Made by a program: the position numbers and the translations under genes
Shown here: piece by piece, positions 57,191 to 64,000 of the stretch
Layout of the letters: each line of letters starts with the position of its first letter
How positions within the stretch are numbered: position 1 is the stretch's first letter
Notes under the pieces: generated by a model
Database searches by the model: none
What the model saw: the letters and a program-made list of their open reading frames with translations, nothing else
What the model was told of the DNA's origin: nothing
Assembly (NCBI GenBank): GCA_013115145.1
Contig: JAAPAO010000140.1
Coordinates: 1 to 64,000, forward strand
Direction: 5' to 3'
DNA: 64,000 nt
Source of the DNA: Perkinsus chesapeaki ATCC PRA-425
Taxonomy: Eukaryota > Protista > Perkinsozoa

Positions 57191-59322
57191 ATGGTCAACA
57201 CATCCGACGATAGGGTTAGGTAGCTGAGTTGCGCTCGCTGATGCCTTCACCTCCTCTTCCCCTACTTAGAGTTGGCATGCTCGGTTGTGGTGTTGTTGGT
57301 GGGGGTGTGATAGAGCTCTTGAAACCGTACAAAGATACTATCAACATTTGCAAGGTTCGACATAGCACCGATGTGCTTGAATCATTCCTTCAAGCTTTTA
57401 TTGACCGAATGCTACCAATTGTTATTATCAGGTATGCGTCCGCGATCCCAGCAAGAAGCGTGACATCCAATTCCCAGAAGGGTGCGAGATCCTCCCTGAC
57501 CCGGAAGCCATTCTTAACGACGAAACTATCGGTATGGATGTTGTCCTTGATAATCGGTATATCGCTGTTCAGACATTATAGTCGAAGTTATGGGTGGCAC
57601 TGATGAGGCATGGGCATGCACTCAGAAGGCCCTGAAGTCCGGCAAGTATGCCATCATCATACTGCTCGATCTTCATCACTTTCTGTCGTCTTCTTGAATC
57701 CTGCCTACATATTTTAACCGCCCTGAAACATCCCTGTTGAAGTGCGCCGAAAATTTCGTACCGGGTTTTGCGTGTTGGATCCCTTAAATGGAAGTATGCG
57801 ATTTCGGAGGCCTCGAGGTGCGACCTAGCTAACCTCGTAAGTATCTTGCAACAGCTGGTAGTTGTTTCTACAATTGAGCCCATTGTTAATCTGAGCTAGT
57901 AGTAGTGTGCCCGAGAGTTTGTCATGTGATGAATGATCTGCTTCAGCTGATGATGAAATGATCAGGCACGTGGTGTCAGCTAATAAAGCTCTCATTTCCA
58001 AGTACACCGATGAGATCGAACGTCTGGCACTGGAGCAAAATGTAGATACATTTCTAGCGGAGCGAAGCACTCATTCTTTTCAAGGTTCAATTTTTATATG
58101 AAGCTGCTGTTTGTGGAGGCATTCCCATCATCAAGACAGTCCTCCGTGGATTGAGGGCCGATACTTTTAATCACATCTCGGGGTAGCGTTTTGCCGGCGA
58201 TGTAATCAAAGATATGTTCAGAATCATGAACGGCAGTACCAACTATATATTGTCCCGTATGGAGAATGAAGGTGTCAGCTACGAGGAGGTATTCAGGTAG
58301 CTGATAGAATAACAATTGTTATACAGGTTATCAATGATGCTCGTCGCCTAGGGTATCTAGAGGCAGATCCAAGTGCAGGTGCGCATGCGTGCTAAATCTT
58401 GTGTAATTGTCTCCTAGACCTTGAAGGGTATGATGCACGAAGCAAGATATGCATTCTAGCTCGCATCGGTTTTGGAGTGACTGTTGCCGATGAAAACAAA
58501 CTGTGAGCGATCTGAGTTATAGCCTTTAACGCTTCTGTAGTTACACTGCTGGTATAACCAACATTACATCTCGTGACTTCGAGTTTGCCAAGTCTCTCGG
58601 CTACACCATAAAACTCATCGCCAAAGCCCGACTTCTTCCGAGTAACTATATTATCTTCAATGGCTTCCTAATCCTTCGGTATAGGAGATAACGCGACCAC
58701 CGAAAACCGTTTGGAGTGTTGGGTCTCCCCTGCATTCGTGCCTCTAACGAATGCCATGGCAAAAGTCAGCGGTCCAACCAACTGTGTGGAAGTGTCCACA
58801 GTTCAAGTTGGCCCACAATGGTGACATCTTCCCTATTGGCGTGATCCACTTTGTCATCACTAGGTACATAGGAGCTGGTGCTGGGAGGTATCCCACAGCG
58901 AATTCAATTGTCAGTGATGTACTCGAGGCGGTTGACAATTGTTCAGCGGGAATAGGGTAAGTCTCCTTCCCCTTTGGCCCGGTTGCTCATCTCATCAGAT
59001 TCTCGTCACCCTACGGAAGTCGCCGTATCGATGGCAAGGTCGAGGCTGACATCAACGCCCGAGTGTAGGTCAGTTTTGACGATCTTCACGCTACTGTTTT
59101 ATCATCAGTTACATTCGTGTGGCAGATAAGCAATCAGCCGTTGCTACCCTAACTAAGGAAGGTGTCCAAATTGATCCTGGTGGGTTGCTTACTCTTTTTC
59201 TGCCCGGCACAAGCTCTTCAGATACTCCAGCAGATGTGGTGATTTCGACTAAGTCTGTGAGCCTTTTACAGGCCAAGGCTGCGCTGGACGCTTCAGCGGT
59301 TGTCATGCCTATTTTAGAGTAA
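57191..59322 (+). CDS. hom: homoserine dehydrogenase with a degenerate C-terminal ACT-like region (many exons)
   Basis: [84 protein letters not shown]. Confidence 0.93.
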
Positions 59323-60053
59323 CAATCACACCATGAGTTTTTCTATCACGACAACTGTTGAGTTAACCAGTCGATCGGTGGTCCCTTTCCGAGGGATTTC
59401 GGTACTTGGCACCGACCTTGAGAGTCGCTGCAGAGAGGTCGCTAGATAGTTGACGTACCGTAGGTTAAGTTCGCACAGCAACAGGATTTTCGATGATGTC
59501 CTCCTCACAGCTATTTAGATTGAGCCGCGACATCAATCTCAGAATATCCGTACTATTAATTGTTGAGTTGCCCCTATTAGAAATTACTAAACATAAAGAC
59601 AGTACAATCTTGGACAGCGGAAATGACGTGATTAATATCGAGACCGATGGTGAACCACGAAAGCGACCATGAAAACCTTTTGGCGATGAAGCCGTGACAC
59701 TGAAAGGTCCCGTGACCAGGGGCATGATGAAAAGAGGACTCTAGGACCCCGACAAGGTCAGGGCCTTCTCAAGGATAAGGGATCTTCTTTAGAACCGCCA
59801 GACTGTAGAATGTTGATTGTTGAGTGGTAAATAAGATAGGAACACATTATCATCATTATCCCTCAGATGAACTATTTCGGGCAAGGGGATCTACATTGAC
59901 AACTCCAACATATCAAACTTCTTGGAGAATGGGGATCGACTACAGACGTCTCCCTTCAAATCAGAAAGACAGACTTCTGGAATCAGAAGTTCCATCGACA
60001 AGAACTATTTCTATCGACCCTATGAAAGAAAAACAATAGCTCCTGAGTATCCC

Positions 60054-62634
60054 CTATTGCATCCTGTCTTTCACAGATTTACTGATAAAGTCGTCGATAA
60101 GCTGCTTGGCTACTTGAGGTTGACCGATGGGCACCGAGTGCCCCGCGTTCCTGGTGACAACAGTAGTGCCATTCTCGCTAAGAAAGCTCACCTTATCGAA
60201 AAAGTGCGTAAGACTGCCTCCTTCACGGGAATAGCCATAAACCACTCTCGCCTCGTTTGGCTGAATGAGCAATGACTAGCTCCGGCAGCTAGGAGTAAAC
60301 GGAATCACAATTCGAACCCGTCTTCCACTTCTATCTGACTCGCCTTTGGTTATCCCTCACGCGAATTCGTCGAACTTCGATTATGAAGATTTATTAAGCA
60401 ACCCACCGAAATTAAAGCTTTAATTCAATCGATTGTTACGCGTGTTGTGTTATTGAGTAACTTACTCTCCATGGGCCCATCCAAATCTTCCGTGTTGAAT
60501 TGTCATACTCAGCTTTGCCATCCCATTCAATGTGCTTGAGCCATTCTTCAGTCCTGAGGTACGAGGAATTACATTTGCCACTTCGTTACGTGATGTGGCT
60601 TACCCAACAAAACCGTCCTTGACGTCCATTTGCCCTTCCCACAGTAAAACAGGCACACTAGCATTGAGCAATGGTGGAATGAACTTAGCCAGCGGTCTCA
60701 TAATATCCTTCTTCATCCTATCCACTACGTCATACTCATTTCTTAGCAGGAGTAAATTAATTAACCGAATAATAAATCACCAACGAGTTCGTACTTGAAC
60801 TTCCTCTCTGGAACGTTGAAGGCCTCCCTCACTTGTGGACGATTGGCAAAGTGCTCTAGTTCTCGGCTGCTACTGCCCATCTTCCTGTAGAGAGCATTAA
60901 TGTCAGGCAGTGCCCCTCCAGTAAAGATAAATCCACCTTATGTCATAGAGACTGACTCCTCCGCTTTCCTGATGTATCAAGTCCTCTAGTTTCTCACGTG
61001 CTTCTAGGGATCCTTCCCAACTGACGAATGATAATCAATTTCACCGTTTTGCTGGTGTAAATAGTGGGAGGCTCCCCTTTACCCTTCTTTGCACGTGACA
61101 CTGAAGTGAAGCTCCGCTGCCCAACTTACTCATAATTAAGTGCGAGCCTTTGACTTCTCCTTGCCCATCCACGAGCCTCCACAAGTTTGTCTTCACCAAT
61201 AAGACCAAAATAATAAGCTACATCGGCCTTGACGGCAACTTGATAAGCTAACAAGCATCATGTCTATGGACGAGGCAGTGAGGCTCTTACCTGGATAGGT
61301 CAGCCCGTTGCCGATTGCTAGCCCCGCCAGTGGTACATTTTCGATTGGGTTACGAAAGAGGTAATGGCCAATCGCTGGAACGTAGTGGCCTGCATACGAC
61401 TCACCGACGATGAACCTAAGCAAAAGAATTGCAAATTGTGGGGAGGAATGGCTTCAGATAATTGATGGGCAGTAAAAGTTATGACTAAAGATCAGCAGCC
61501 AATAAATGTCTTCTGAGCATTGCCCGTAAAGAGTTGCGAGGTGGTGGAGCCAGCTCGCCCCTGATTTATGGGCCCCAACAATAAGGGTTCCAGTGGCATA
61601 TGAAAATTGAGGCGGAACATATACAAAAAAAGTAACATGATAATATAGTCTGTTAAACCAGGGTAGATGCTCACAGGTAAGCTGTCACAGCTTGAGTAAA
61701 TGGTAATAGGACACTTCACGACAACAAAAAGAACATACCAAAAGATCCTACAAAGGATGGCCCTTCAAGTTAGGCTTCACTTCATCGTAGAATTTAGTTA
61801 AGAAAGTGTTGAGCTGTCGGGTGACATCGTGTTCAGTGTCATGAGCATAGCACGAGTAAGAACGTGAGTAACTGTAACCGGTGCCCACTGGGGAGTCAAC
61901 GAATATCATATGATAAGTTTCAGCCCAAGTGATGTTCCGGCGAACCTGATCGGATCAATCGGCCACATCAAGCTTGGTAATTGACAGTACCAGCTTGGAC
62001 GTGCCCACGAGTTCGAGAGGCCCAACTTCATAGAAAGCGCTTATGAGCCCGGATCCCCCAGGGCCGCCCGCCAACCAAAGTATGACAGGAGTACTTGGGC
62101 TGTTCTTGAGCGTCTCGTTTATTGGAGGGAAGTACCTAAGGACCATACGATGTGATACGCATTGGTTTGTCAATGTGTATGTCAGCGGCTCACCAGTAGA
62201 ACATGTCAGCGCTGCAGCGTGAATCAACCTCAATGGTTCCAGCTTCACTCTCTATAGCGAGAGCCTGATCAGTACGAGAAAGCTATGATGGATTAACTGT
62301 GGACCAAATTCGACTTGGAAGTCTATCGTTGAAACGATTCGATTTCTGTCTCTATACAGCTTTTCAACGGATATTTCAAGAATAGAAACTTCCTAAACCA
62401 TCTCCCTGCTGGGAAGCTCCTAAACGAAGAACCTCGAGTTCAATTTCGCCAACCTGTCACTATTCTCTCAATAGGCCTTGAAAAGGTGTAGATGAAGGAA
62501 GAGCGTTTCGAGCTCACATTTGGGTCGCTTGATATGTTGGAGAAGTCCACTGGCGCACCGGGGATGCCCCTAAAATTGAAAGCAAGAAGCAACAGGGTGC
62601 TTGCGAACGCGAATCTTCCCATAAAAGAGACCAA
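60054..62634 (-). CDS. serine carboxypeptidase, family S10 (multi-exon)
   Basis: Signal peptide; WLAGGPGGSG, VDSPVGTGYS, catalytic GESYAG, GQMD, NAGHSVP. Confidence 0.9.
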
Positions 62635-64000
62635 AAATACTGCCAGGCTTCACCAGAAATGACCTGCCAGAGGGCAGCTAGACCCCCAGTATCAGCGGTA
62701 AGGCTCGTTCCATCTCACACTATGGCAACTTCTTATAGTGCCGGAAAGCGATTCCCCGGGTGACGCGTCGAAATTCATAGCGATGTTTTGCGTCACACGT
62801 AACTGCGTAATATACATAACCTTCCAAAGTGCTATTGTAGGCGTTGATATTCAGATGTACCAAGAATACGATGACGAAGTTAACTGAGCTCTCGCGATAC
62901 TACCATCCCAACCCAACGGCAGGAATGATGCTTTATCTTATAATGCACCCACCCACCCAGCTTTTTTGTGAGAATGTGTGACGCCATTATGCACCACTAT
63001 TAGTAATAGCCTATTGCATAGTAGCTTATACGTTCATTAAGCCCCTCGTCGGATTCCAGTTGTATAAGATTCTTATACAGTATAAGTAGTTCGCAATACG
63101 GTGAACGGTGGCTGCGTCGATCGTTATAAAAGCTCTTCGCTTGTCACTTAACTCGATGATGGTCCGCGACTTGAGCGTTGCTTTCGACACCTTTCGGTAT
63201 CATCATTGGAAGCCCTGCACCGGAAGTCTCACCTTCCAGGAGTTTTCCGGAAGGGCCTTCCGGCCTATGTCTCACTGAGAAGCACACTATGGATCCTCCG
63301 ATTTCACTAACCTGAATGGCACGAGAGGGAATCTTTCTTTATGATCGCTCCTCATGTAGCTCTCCCGATAGGCATCTACGAGGCATGCTTACTGCCGGTG
63401 AACCACGGTTCGAGCTCACACATGAAGCCTATCATTCTAGGCGATCTGCCGAATACATTTGTCAGCCTGTATGGTTGAATGGCACACGCTTCGACTGTTG
63501 TTCAATGTAGAGGATTCGATCATGCCATTGATCGTTGCTTGTGATGGCCATGTTTGCCTAGCACAAGATATTGAGTGTAGCGTAAAATAGCGTGCTTGTA
63601 GGGAGCGCACGTTGTGTGTGGGTTGCACCACCCGTGGCATTTTCGGGGTCACCCGGGGTTGAGTTAGTCAGTTGAACTCGCAAAGCTAAGAGGTCTCTAT
63701 GGTCGAGACTTTTATGGTATCTTCGCAGTTACGCAAGGTTCCAAACCTCTATTTTTTTGTTTCCTCTTTGGGAGGCGCCAGTCTTGCTCCTCTGAAGGCG
63801 ATTTGTCTAGGGAAGACTCTCGCCACTCTTAGAAGCATCCTGGCCCTGCGATACCTTATCGGAGCGTTCTAGCAGAACTTACTCCTGATCCAGGTATCGC
63901 CTTTTCCCAAGCTCCCGGAGAGGAAAGCGGTTTTAATGCTGTTGTAACTGTTAGACTTAAAGCGACATACTGTAGTTCGTGAAACGTTGTAATATAAAAG

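Noticed and set aside
59922-60275. 117-aa plus-strand ORF
   Set aside because: Antisense shadow of the last carboxypeptidase exon containing the catalytic His (NAGHSVP)
63100-64000. Short ORFs and a CCGGAAG-GGC-CTTCCGG hairpin near the window end
   Set aside because: No recognisable motif, the stem is short and the region is truncated by the window edge

Overview
Eukaryotic protist DNA at about mid-range GC, with many very short GT-AG introns. The gene content fits a Perkinsus-like alveolate (inference; no search was run). Bases 1-5 kb look accessory or decayed, with short intronless ORFs and a 28-bp G-rich minisatellite. Three tandem secreted A1 aspartic proteases follow, plus a relic of a fourth. 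The remaining genes are a FAM183/CFAP144-like gene, a type-B carboxylesterase, a PRL-like phosphatase, a single-domain (6TM) voltage-gated-type channel with EF-hands, an AAAP amino-acid transporter, three glutaredoxins, an MGRN1/LOG2-like RING ligase, a free-standing ProRS anticodon-binding-domain protein, a PPR-nucleotidyltransferase fusion, DNA polymerase zeta (REV3), a divergent Trf4-like nucleotidyltransferase, homoserine dehydrogenase and an S10 serine carboxypeptidase. Best leads: (1) the PPR plus poly(A)/poly(U)-polymerase fusion; (2) the Trf4-like protein with an apparent Asp-to-Gln catalytic change and a Cys/His insert; (3) a duplicated divergent pair of a GRFx[V/L/C]-motif protein and a glutaredoxin; (4) a 110-bp inverted copy of esterase coding sequence. 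All exon structures were read by eye and are provisional.
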